From: Bacteroidales bacterium
GTDB taxonomy: Bacteria; Bacteroidota; Bacteroidia; Bacteroidales; UBA7960
Direction of reading: 5' to 3'
DNA length: 64,000 nucleotides
Assembly: GCA_012521995.1 (NCBI GenBank)
Contig: JAAYLH010000088.1
Location: 565-64,564 of the forward strand
Below the pieces are notes generated by a model. That model worked only from the letters and a program-made list of their open reading frames with translations. It was not told the origin of the DNA and did not search any database. The position numbers and the translations under genes were made by a program. Of this stretch, positions 9,801-17,419 are shown in pieces (the stretch's first letter is position 1; each line of letters opens with the position of its first letter).

Positions 9801-10481
9801 GGCACCCCGGTAGAGATAGAATTTGCCGTTGACCTGAACAAAGACAAGCAGGGTCGCGCGGCCTTCTTCCTGTTGCAGGTAAAGCCCCTGATCAAAAATA
9901 TTATCGACAGCGAAATCTCTATTGACAAGATAGAAAACGAAAGGCTCATGCTTTATTGCGAGAACGGCATGGGCAACGGGCGGATCAGCAGCATTTATGA
10001 TGTGATCTTCGTGGATGTGGAGCACTTCGACCGCCTGAAGACCGAGAAGATGCGCGATGAAATTGAACGTCTCAACAAGAAAATGGTGGAGGAGAACCGG
10101 AAATATATCCTGATAGGCCCCGGCCGCTGGGGAACCCGCGACCGCTTCATCGGCATTCCCGTTGTATGGTCCCAGATCTCCAATGCGCGGATCATCGTGG
10201 AAGTCAGCCTCGAGCATTTCCCGCTGGATGCCTCCCTGGGCTCCCACTTCTTCCACAATGTGATCTCAATGAACGTAGGTTATTTCTCGGTGAAGCACAA
10301 CGACCTGATAGACTACATCAACTGGGAGGCTCTGAAAAGCGCCCCGCTGAAAGAAGCGACACGTTTCTTCAGGCATGTGCGTTTTGATAAGCCCCTGGAG
10401 ATCATCATGGATGGGAAGAAGCGAACCTCACTGATCTATTTCCCAAAGGAAAAAAACGATACTGAAAACAAAAATGTATGA
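6900..10481 (+). CDS. multidomain signalling protein: N-terminal sensor-like domain, degenerate receiver, intact receiver, PPDK_N/PEP-synthase-type ATP-grasp (PEP/pyruvate-binding domain family) and a conserved C-terminal module
   Basis: 1193 aa. Receiver-like 1: EILLVANLYD...FDLVIVMMG. Receiver 2: ILLVEDS...IISDAKF...VLQSSD...FINKNS. ATP-grasp: GSLGGKGRGLAF, LAIRSSSLFEDS..QPFAG, GVIIQEVVG, VEIEFAVD...FLLQVKPL. C-terminus: ILIGPGRWGTRDRFIGIPVVW...LGSHFFHN. No TIM-barrel PEP-utiliser domain is recognisable. Confidence 0.75.
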   Translation: MVTQECGMEKGDDLRNVNEPGFFSQAGSEPPLQVSHEEILRLLAEKRERLKELGAINQTVSILREEKSIGAILADIAKMLPTAWQYPDDAVSRIKYGKETYISSNRFRESRWWQRKTFETIDGREGLVEVFYLSEHPQADEGPFLMEERQLLANITNLITGHLNTSIGKSLLKKNIREQQNATQTKQEQEHAAQNRHLLQRFLIKHNSDRDIYHDLMQYKVREILLVANLYDAYNIEQEGRFFEQVTGEYYQLNLSSAPRITGVSTPEEALEKLQEKHFDLVIVMMGVEKSTPIQLSRIIKQIYPSVPIFLLLNNNSDIAMFEDGNKQIAPIDKIFVWNGDSKVFLAMVKYNEDRYNVESDIRIGMVRVILLVEDSARYYSRYLPILYSIVIEQTQQLIEEVNTDELYKLLKMRVRPKILLASNYKEAVQLFNKYQDNLLCIISDAKFEKDDQLDDSAGVSLIRYARERIPDLPTVLQSSDPDNAQKAYELKSTFINKNSENLKQDLQSFINYYLGFGNFVYKDEEGRKDIAIARSMKEFQNHLRTIPEKSLIYHARKNHFSHWLMARGEIQIAKRIKPLRVDDFQSPGSLREFLLNIIEECIRDKQKGKVINFEESALLDETNIVSMASGSLGGKGRGLAFINMIINNFNFSELVPDIRILTPRTSIIGTEEFERFLQNNHISEKVNVNTEYETLKEVFMSGRLTDALQRRLRTYLSIIHRPLAIRSSSLFEDSLMQPFAGIFDTFLLPNNHPDIKVRLEQVMNAIKLVFASIYSPTASAYFQAVNYKIEEEKMGVIIQEVVGNEYNGCFYPHISGVAQSYNFYPFSYMQPDEGFAVAAVGLGKYVVEGEKTYRFSPVHPQLEIYTPRDLFKNSQVHFYAIDMRKQDINLLEGEDAGLVKIEIDKAEMHGTLKHCASVYDISNERTIPGITQPGPRVINFANILKYAYIPLAKTIQVILDIVSESMGTPVEIEFAVDLNKDKQGRAAFFLLQVKPLIKNIIDSEISIDKIENERLMLYCENGMGNGRISSIYDVIFVDVEHFDRLKTEKMRDEIERLNKKMVEENRKYILIGPGRWGTRDRFIGIPVVWSQISNARIIVEVSLEHFPLDASLGSHFFHNVISMNVGYFSVKHNDLIDYINWEALKSAPLKEATRFFRHVRFDKPLEIIMDGKKRTSLIYFPKEKNDTENKNV

Positions 10482-13456
10482 CCCTGAAATCAAAATACAA
10501 GTACAACGAACAGTATGCCACTGATCATTATGAGTTTGCAGAGATCGCTTACGAGGACCTCATGCAAAAACGCATCATCAATGTGTTGTTGATCTGCAGC
10601 AACTATGATGCGTTCATGCTTGAAGAAGACGGGCGTATCAACGAGAAGATCTTTCTGGAATATACCTCAAAGAACCTGCGTTACCCTCCGCAGTTCACCA
10701 AGGCCAGTTCGTCAGAAGAAGCATTTGAACTCCTGGAGGAAAAAGATTTCGACCTGGTGATCACCATGCTGAATGTAGGGAAGATTGATGCCTTTGAGAT
10801 GGCCAAAAAGGTCAAGAAGCGTTACCCGAGGATTCCGATAGTGGTGCTGACCCATTTCTCGCGAGAGGTATCCATGAAGCTGGCCCACGAGGACATGAGC
10901 GGTATCGATTACGTCTTTTCATGGCTGGGCAATTCAAGCCTTCTGCTGGCCATCATCAAGCTCCTTGAAGACCGTATGAATGCCGAATTCGATATAGACG
11001 TGATCGGGGTTCAGGCCATTCTGTTGGTGGAAGACTCAGTGCGCTATTATTCATCCTACCTCCCAACCATTTACAAGGTTATTTTTGATCAGACCAACGA
11101 ACTGATGACCGAGGGCCTGAACGAGCACCGAAAAACCATGCGTATGCGTGCAAGGCCCAAGATCCTCCTAGCAAAGACCTATGAAGATGCGGTGAGCCTG
11201 TTTGAGAAGTATCACCAGAACCTGCTGGGGGTCATTTCCGACATCAGCTATTCCAGGAAAGGAAAGAATGACAAGGAAGCCGGGATCAAGTTTGCCGGGC
11301 ACATCCGCAAGGTCGACAGCCAGTTGCCCATCATGCTGCAGTCGTCTGATGACTGGGATGAGCTCATCATGCAGGAGCTCAAGGTGAATTTTATCAACAA
11401 GTATTCCAAGACCCTGCTTGTTGAGCTCAAGCAATACATCAGGGAAAACTATGGCTTCGGTGATTTTGTATTCAAGGACCCGGGCAGCGGCAGGGAAGAA
11501 GACCGCGCCAACAACCTGCATTCCCTCCAGGTGAAAATTGCCAAAGTGCCCCCAAAGAGCCTGGAATATCACGTTTCCAACAACCATTTTTCCCGTTGGC
11601 TAAAAGCACGTGCCCTGTTTTCAATTGCCAATGTATTTGCCGAGAAGAGCCGTGAAGACTTTGGCAACATCGAGGAGATCCGCAATTACCTCATTGACAC
11701 CATCGCCAACTACCGCCGCACCAAGGGCCGCGGGATCATCGCCAGTTATTTTGATGAGTATGCAGTATTCACCCGCCTGGGCGACGGCCAGCTGGGGGGC
11801 AAGGCGCGCGGGCTTGCCTTTATCGACTCGGTGATCAACAAGTACAAAATTATGTACAAGTGGGAAGGCGTCACCGTAGCCATCCCCAGGACGGTGGTGA
11901 TCACCACCGATATGTTCGATGAATTCATGGAGGAAAATGACCTGTATGATTTTGCCCTGTCCAATGCCGGCGATGAGGAGATCCTCGAACGATTTGTGCA
12001 ATCCCGAACGCCCTCCCGCCTGAAATCCTACGTGAAGGACATTATAGGGTTCTTCAATGCCCCGCTGGCCATCCGCTCAAGCAGCCTGCTTGAGGACAGC
12101 CACTACCAGCCCTTTGCAGGGGTGTATAGCACGTATATGATCCCCAACAACCATTCGGAACGGCAGGTAAGGATGCAACAGCTGGAGCAGGCCATAAAGA
12201 GCGTATATGCATCGGTATTTTTTCGCGAAAGCAAAGCCTATATTGCAGCCACATCGAACGTTATAGACGAGGAGAAAATGGCCGTGGTGATCCAGGAGGT
12301 AGCCGGGCGCTCGTATGGCAACAAGTTCTACCCCACCCTGTCCGGCGTTGCCCGGTCGGTGAACTTTTACCCCATCGAGCCGGAGCGCTATGAAGACGGC
12401 GTCTCAAACATCGCCTTTGGCCTGGGACGCACCATTGTGGAAGGAGGTATTTCCCTGCGCTTTTCCCCAAAATATCCTGAGAAATCGCTGCAGCTCTCCA
12501 ACCCTGAGTTTGCCCTGCGCGACAGCCAGAAGGAGTTCTTCAGCCTGAGCATGGACCCTGAAAAATTCCGGCCGAGCACCAATGATGCTGAAAACCTCTA
12601 TAAACTCAGGATCAAGGATGCCCTTTCCGATTCTTCGTTGAAATACGTGGCTTCCACCTTCGACTATGAGGATCACATGGTCCGCGATGGCATTTATGAC
12701 AGTGGAAAGGTAATAATAACCTTCTCCAATATATTGAGGAACAATGCCTTTCCCCTGGCCAACATCCTCAAGACCCTGCTGGAAATCGGGCAGAGGGAGA
12801 TGAACAACCAGGTAGAAATTGAATTTGCTGCAAGCCTCGATGTCCCCCAGGGCCAAAATATGGGGTTTAACTTTTTGCAGATCAGACCCATTGTTGAAAC
12901 CCAGGAGCGCCATCGCGTCAAGGTGAACACCGGTTTCCCCGAGAAATCCATCATCATCAGCCACCAGGCCCTGGGCAACGGAGTCATCGACAACATCCGC
13001 GACTTAATATACGTGAAGCCTGATTCATTCAACCCCGTCAACACCAAAGACATAGCGGAGATCATTGACCGGCTGAACAGCCAGTTTGTTGCCAGGCAGG
13101 GCAATTATATCCTGGTTGGGCCCGGGCGGTGGGGATCGGCGGATCCATGGCTTGGAATCCCGGTGAAATGGGCGCAGATCTCGGGGGCAAGGCTTATCGT
13201 CGAAGCAGGGATGAAAAACTTCCATATCGACCCCAGCCAGGGCACTCATTTCTTCCAGAACCTCACATCTTTCAATGTCGGTTACTTCACAATAAACCCT
13301 TTTATTGGTGAAGGATACTACGACCTGGATTTCCTCAACAAGCACAAAGCGGCCTACGAGGACCAATTCGTCAGGCACCTGAAATTCACCGACCCTGTGA
13401 TCATTAAAATAGATGGAAGCAAAAAGGCCGGAATTGTTTTAAAACCAGAAAAATAA
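10478..13456 (+). CDS. paralogue of the preceding gene: degenerate receiver, intact receiver, PPDK_N-type ATP-grasp and conserved C-terminal module
   Basis: 992 aa. Its ATG overlaps the upstream TGA (ATGA at 10478-10481). INVLLICSNYD...FDLVITMLN; ILLVEDS...VISDISY...MLQSSD...FINKYS; GQLGGKARGLAF, LAIRSSSLLEDS..QPFAG, AVVIQEVAG, VEIEFAAS...FLQIRPI; ILVGPGRWGSADPWLGIPVKW...QGTHFFQN. Confidence 0.75.
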   Translation: MTLKSKYKYNEQYATDHYEFAEIAYEDLMQKRIINVLLICSNYDAFMLEEDGRINEKIFLEYTSKNLRYPPQFTKASSSEEAFELLEEKDFDLVITMLNVGKIDAFEMAKKVKKRYPRIPIVVLTHFSREVSMKLAHEDMSGIDYVFSWLGNSSLLLAIIKLLEDRMNAEFDIDVIGVQAILLVEDSVRYYSSYLPTIYKVIFDQTNELMTEGLNEHRKTMRMRARPKILLAKTYEDAVSLFEKYHQNLLGVISDISYSRKGKNDKEAGIKFAGHIRKVDSQLPIMLQSSDDWDELIMQELKVNFINKYSKTLLVELKQYIRENYGFGDFVFKDPGSGREEDRANNLHSLQVKIAKVPPKSLEYHVSNNHFSRWLKARALFSIANVFAEKSREDFGNIEEIRNYLIDTIANYRRTKGRGIIASYFDEYAVFTRLGDGQLGGKARGLAFIDSVINKYKIMYKWEGVTVAIPRTVVITTDMFDEFMEENDLYDFALSNAGDEEILERFVQSRTPSRLKSYVKDIIGFFNAPLAIRSSSLLEDSHYQPFAGVYSTYMIPNNHSERQVRMQQLEQAIKSVYASVFFRESKAYIAATSNVIDEEKMAVVIQEVAGRSYGNKFYPTLSGVARSVNFYPIEPERYEDGVSNIAFGLGRTIVEGGISLRFSPKYPEKSLQLSNPEFALRDSQKEFFSLSMDPEKFRPSTNDAENLYKLRIKDALSDSSLKYVASTFDYEDHMVRDGIYDSGKVIITFSNILRNNAFPLANILKTLLEIGQREMNNQVEIEFAASLDVPQGQNMGFNFLQIRPIVETQERHRVKVNTGFPEKSIIISHQALGNGVIDNIRDLIYVKPDSFNPVNTKDIAEIIDRLNSQFVARQGNYILVGPGRWGSADPWLGIPVKWAQISGARLIVEAGMKNFHIDPSQGTHFFQNLTSFNVGYFTINPFIGEGYYDLDFLNKHKAAYEDQFVRHLKFTDPVIIKIDGSKKAGIVLKPEK

Positions 13457-13567
13457 ATTTAGAGGCTTTCCTTTGTTATCAATAAAATAAGGCCTAATTT
13501 CGTGCCGGAAAACAACGTTAATTTTTTAACATCACCCCTATTATCAACTTTTTAAATCTGTTAAGTT

Positions 13568-14905
13568 ATGGACTTAGAAAAGATCATGGCAGACCTGGAA
13601 AAGAAAAACCCGGGGCAACCCGAATTTCTCCAGGCAGTAAAGGAAGTACTTGAAACCATTGAAGACGTTATCAAGGAAAATCCCAAGTATGAAGCCAACA
13701 ACGTCATTGAAAGAATCATTGAACCCGACAGAGTTATCTCCTTCAAGGTAGAATGGCTTGACGACAAGGGCAATGTAAACGTGAACCGTGCATACCGCGT
13801 TCAGTTTAACAACGCCATTGGTCCATACAAGGGCGGGATGCGCTTCCACCCCAGTGTAACACTTGGTGGCCTGAAGTTCCTTGGTTTTGAGCAGACTTTC
13901 AAAAACGCACTTACCACCCTTCCGATGGGAGGTGCCAAAGGGGGTAGCGATTTCAATCCCAAAGGTAAATCCAATGCTGAGATCATGCGTTTCTGCCAGG
14001 CACTTATGGCTGAACTCTATCGTTACATCGGGCCGGACACCGATATCCCGGCAGGAGACATCGGCGTAGGTGGACGCGAAATTGGTTATATGTACGGCAT
14101 GTACAAGAAGCTTGTCAACACCCACAACGGTGTATTCACAGGCAAGGGTCGTAACTGGGGCGGAAGCCTTGTTCGTCCCGAAGCTACCGGTTTCGGTAAC
14201 GTATATTTTGCACAGGAAATGCTGAAGACCCGCGGTGAAACCCTCAAGGGAAAAACCGTTGTGGTATCCGGTTTCGGTAACGTTGCCTGGGGCTCAGTAA
14301 CCAAGGCCACCCAGCTTGGCGCCAAGGTTGTAGCCATCAGCGGCCCCGATGGATACGTATACGATCCCGATGGCATCAGCGGCGAAAAAATCGACTATAT
14401 GCTTGAGCTGCGTGCCTCCAACCAGGATATCGTGAAGCCCTACACCTATGAATTCCCCAACGCTCAGTTCTTTGAAGGCAAGCGACCCTGGGAGGTAAAA
14501 TGCGATGTAGCGCTCCCCTGCGCCATCCAGAACGAGCTCAATGGCGAAGATGCTCAAAGACTTATTGACAATGGCGTTATTTGCGTCTCCGAAGGAGCAA
14601 ACATGCCCTGTACCCCTGAAGCAATGGAGATATTCCTGAAAGCGAAAATTCTGTACGCCCCCGGAAAAGCTTCCAACGCTGGTGGTGTGTCCACTTCAGG
14701 TCTGGAGCAAACCCAGAATGCTATGAAACTGAACTGGAACGCCAAAGAAGTGGAAGAAAAACTCCACAGCATCATGGTCAACATCCACGAGGCTTGCGTG
14801 AAATACGGCAAGGAAGCCGATGGATATGTTAACTATGTAAAAGGCGCCAACGTGGCCGGCTTCATTAAAGTGGCCGACGCCATGATAGACCAGGGCGTAA
14901 TTTAA
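13568..14905 (+). CDS. glutamate dehydrogenase, NAD-type dinucleotide fingerprint (second paralogue)
   Basis: 445 aa. GPYKGGMRFHP and PMGGAKGGSDFNPKGK. The Rossmann region VSGFGNVAWGS...ISGPDGYVYDPDGI resembles Clostridium symbiosum NAD-GDH as I recall it. The cofactor call is less certain than the GDH call. Confidence 0.9.
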   Translation: MDLEKIMADLEKKNPGQPEFLQAVKEVLETIEDVIKENPKYEANNVIERIIEPDRVISFKVEWLDDKGNVNVNRAYRVQFNNAIGPYKGGMRFHPSVTLGGLKFLGFEQTFKNALTTLPMGGAKGGSDFNPKGKSNAEIMRFCQALMAELYRYIGPDTDIPAGDIGVGGREIGYMYGMYKKLVNTHNGVFTGKGRNWGGSLVRPEATGFGNVYFAQEMLKTRGETLKGKTVVVSGFGNVAWGSVTKATQLGAKVVAISGPDGYVYDPDGISGEKIDYMLELRASNQDIVKPYTYEFPNAQFFEGKRPWEVKCDVALPCAIQNELNGEDAQRLIDNGVICVSEGANMPCTPEAMEIFLKAKILYAPGKASNAGGVSTSGLEQTQNAMKLNWNAKEVEEKLHSIMVNIHEACVKYGKEADGYVNYVKGANVAGFIKVADAMIDQGVI

Positions 14906-14925
14906 AAAGGGGTCATTCCTCAGAA

Positions 14926-14960
14926 AAGGGCTGTGCGGAATACTGCACGGCCCTTTTTAT
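14926..14960 (+). terminator. rho-independent terminator after the second gdh gene
   Basis: GGGCTGTGC-ggaatact-GCACGGCCC hairpin (one G-U pair) followed by TTTTTATT. Confidence 0.55.
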
Positions 14961-15072
14961 TAAAAATTCTTCACATACGCAAGAATTCTTCCAAAAAAAA
15001 ATATTTATTTCTTTCCCTTCAGTTACTTCAATTTTATTTAATTTTCCTGCAGAAACCAAAAACAGAGGATAT

Positions 15073-15594
15073 ATGCGCATAAAAAGAATAGTCCCTGCCC
15101 CCCCTCTTCAGGATGTGTTCCCTTCGGTCGACCTCTCGCAAATGGATGCCCTCATTGCCCGCTACAAAGGCAAAAAAGGCAAGCTCATCCCTCTGCTCCA
15201 GGGGACACAGGCCCTCTTCGGCTATATTCCAAGAGAGGCTTTTTTGAAGCTAAACCGGGAAACGGGACTGAGCCTCAGCGAGCTTTACGGAGTGGCCACT
15301 TTCTATGCTCAATTCAGGCTTACCCCTTCGGGAAAGCACATCATCAAAATGTGTCACGGAACCGCTTGTCACGTCCAGAATGTTACGGCTATCACGGATG
15401 AGCTGCTTGACTTTCTGGAAGTAAAAGACGGTGGGACAACCGCTGATGGTCTTTTCACAGTCGAGACGGTGGCTTGCCTGGGGTGCTGTTCCCTCGCCCC
15501 TGTGATGATGGTGGACGAGGAGACCCACGGAAAATTGACACCAAAAGAAGCCGTGAAGATCATCAAAGAGATCCGCCGCAACGAGATCCAGTAA
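15073..15594 (+). CDS. NuoE/HydC/FdsG-like [2Fe-2S] thioredoxin-fold subunit
   Basis: 173 aa. Cys pattern MCHGTACH...VACLGCCSLAPVM is typical of NuoE (24-kDa subunit) homologues. Confidence 0.85.
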   Translation: MRIKRIVPAPPLQDVFPSVDLSQMDALIARYKGKKGKLIPLLQGTQALFGYIPREAFLKLNRETGLSLSELYGVATFYAQFRLTPSGKHIIKMCHGTACHVQNVTAITDELLDFLEVKDGGTTADGLFTVETVACLGCCSLAPVMMVDEETHGKLTPKEAVKIIKEIRRNEIQ

Positions 15595-15612
15595 ACCCAA
15601 AAGGACAGGCAA

Positions 15613-17391
15613 ATGAAAAAGACAAAGGTAATTGTAGGCTTGGGAAGTTGTGGCATTGCTGCAGGTGCCGGAAAGACCTATCAGGAATTTGACCGCATCA
15701 GGAAAGCTGATCGGCTGGACTTCGAACTAAGAAAAACAAGCTGTGTGGGCATGTGCTTCCGCGAACCCCTGGTTGAGATCATAGACGATTCGGGCAGCTA
15801 CCTCTATGGCCAGGTGGATCCTTCCAAAGCTGATGAGATCATTGAAAAGCACATCAAGAACTTTTCCCCCATTCCCGAATATATTGTTCAGAGCGAAAAA
15901 TATCCCTCTGCCGATGAGTCGTTCTTCGAGGGACAGGTCAAAATTGCCCTCAGGAACTGCGGGTACATGGACCCGGAAAACATTGAAGAATACGAGGCGC
16001 GTAGCGGTTATGCTGCCATCCGTAAAATTGCCGGCAATCATCTTAGTCCTGAAACGGTGATCCAAATGGTGATCGACTCAGGTCTTCGCGGACGTGGCGG
16101 CGGAGGATTCCAGACAGGCTTGAAATGGAAATTTGCCCGCAATTACGACGCCCCCCAGAAATACGTGATATGCAATGCCGACGAAGGCGACCCTGGGGCT
16201 TTCATGGACCGCTCCATCCTGGAGGGCGACCCCCACAGTGTACTGGAAGGCATGATCCTATGCGGATACTCCATTGGGGCCTCTGAAGGCTACATTTATT
16301 GCAGGGCCGAATACCCCCTGGCCATCAAACGCCTCAACATTGCTCTGGACCAAGCACGGACAAAAGGATACCTTGGTAAGGACCTGTTTGGCATCCGGGG
16401 CTTTCATTTTGATATCAGGATAAAAGAAGGAGCCGGTGCTTTTGTTTGTGGTGAAGAGACCGCCCTCATCGCTTCCATCGAAGGGCGCCGCGGAATGCCC
16501 CGCCGCAGGCCACCCTTCCCGGCCCAAAGCGGCCTATGGAAAAGCCCCACCAACATCAACAATGTCGAGACCCTTGTCAACATCCCCTGGATCATTTTCA
16601 ACGGGCCTGAAGCCTATGCCCGCCTCGGCACCGAGAAAAGCAAGGGCACCAAGGTTTTTGCCCTTACGGGTAAAATAAAACACGGAGGCCTGGTGGAAGT
16701 CCCAATGGGCATAACCATCAAGGATATCATTTACAAGCTTGGAGGAGGCATACAGGGAGACAAGAAATTCAAAGCCGTTCAGCTGGGCGGCCCTTCGGGA
16801 GGCTGTGTGCCCGAATACCTCTCACATACAATTGTCGATTACGACTCAGTTACCGCCACAGGTGCCATTATGGGCTCAGGCGGGATGGTCGTTATGGACG
16901 AAACCACCTGCGTGGTGGATATCGCACGTTTTTTCCTTGATTTCACCCAAAAGGAGTCCTGCGGCAAATGTACCTTTTGCCGCATAGGGACCAAACGCAT
17001 GCTGGAGATCCTGACCCGTATCACTGAAGGCGAAGGTCAGGAGGGCGATATTGAATTGTTGGAAGAACTGGCACAAAACATAAAAGACAGCTCCCTTTGC
17101 GGGCTGGGGCAAACTGCACCCAACCCCGTGCTTACCACCTTGAAATATTTCAGGGATGAATATGAGGCCCACATACGCGACAAGAAGTGCCCGGCGCTAA
17201 GCTGTAAGAAACTGCTGACCTACCAGGTTGACCCCGAAAAATGCACGGGCTGCATGTCGTGCACTAAGGGCTGCCCTGTGGATGCCATCGAAGGCGGCAA
17301 ACGCGAGACGCATTTCATCCACCAGGACATCTGCATTCAATGCGGGGTCTGCTTCACCCGCTGTAAATTCGGGGCTATTCAAATCAGTTAG
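15613..17391 (+). CDS. NuoF/HydB/FdsB-like NADH- and FMN-binding subunit with N-terminal [2Fe-2S]-like domain and C-terminal 2x[4Fe-4S] ferredoxin domain
   Basis: 592 aa. GLRGRGGGGFQTG.KW, CNADEGDPGAFMDR, GAGAFVCGEETALI, ESCGKCTFCR (N3 cluster), and C-terminal CTGCMSCTKGCP...CIQCGVCFTRC. Confidence 0.9.
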   Translation: MKKTKVIVGLGSCGIAAGAGKTYQEFDRIRKADRLDFELRKTSCVGMCFREPLVEIIDDSGSYLYGQVDPSKADEIIEKHIKNFSPIPEYIVQSEKYPSADESFFEGQVKIALRNCGYMDPENIEEYEARSGYAAIRKIAGNHLSPETVIQMVIDSGLRGRGGGGFQTGLKWKFARNYDAPQKYVICNADEGDPGAFMDRSILEGDPHSVLEGMILCGYSIGASEGYIYCRAEYPLAIKRLNIALDQARTKGYLGKDLFGIRGFHFDIRIKEGAGAFVCGEETALIASIEGRRGMPRRRPPFPAQSGLWKSPTNINNVETLVNIPWIIFNGPEAYARLGTEKSKGTKVFALTGKIKHGGLVEVPMGITIKDIIYKLGGGIQGDKKFKAVQLGGPSGGCVPEYLSHTIVDYDSVTATGAIMGSGGMVVMDETTCVVDIARFFLDFTQKESCGKCTFCRIGTKRMLEILTRITEGEGQEGDIELLEELAQNIKDSSLCGLGQTAPNPVLTTLKYFRDEYEAHIRDKKCPALSCKKLLTYQVDPEKCTGCMSCTKGCPVDAIEGGKRETHFIHQDICIQCGVCFTRCKFGAIQIS

Positions 17392-17419
17392 GTAATTTCC
17401 AACAAGAAAACACTCATCT

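Noticed and set aside
5243-14905. The two gdh genes as inverted-repeat boundaries of a recently duplicated or mobile island.
   Set aside because: The copies are diverged at the protein and nucleotide level and carry different cofactor fingerprints. No integrase, transposase or direct repeats flank them.
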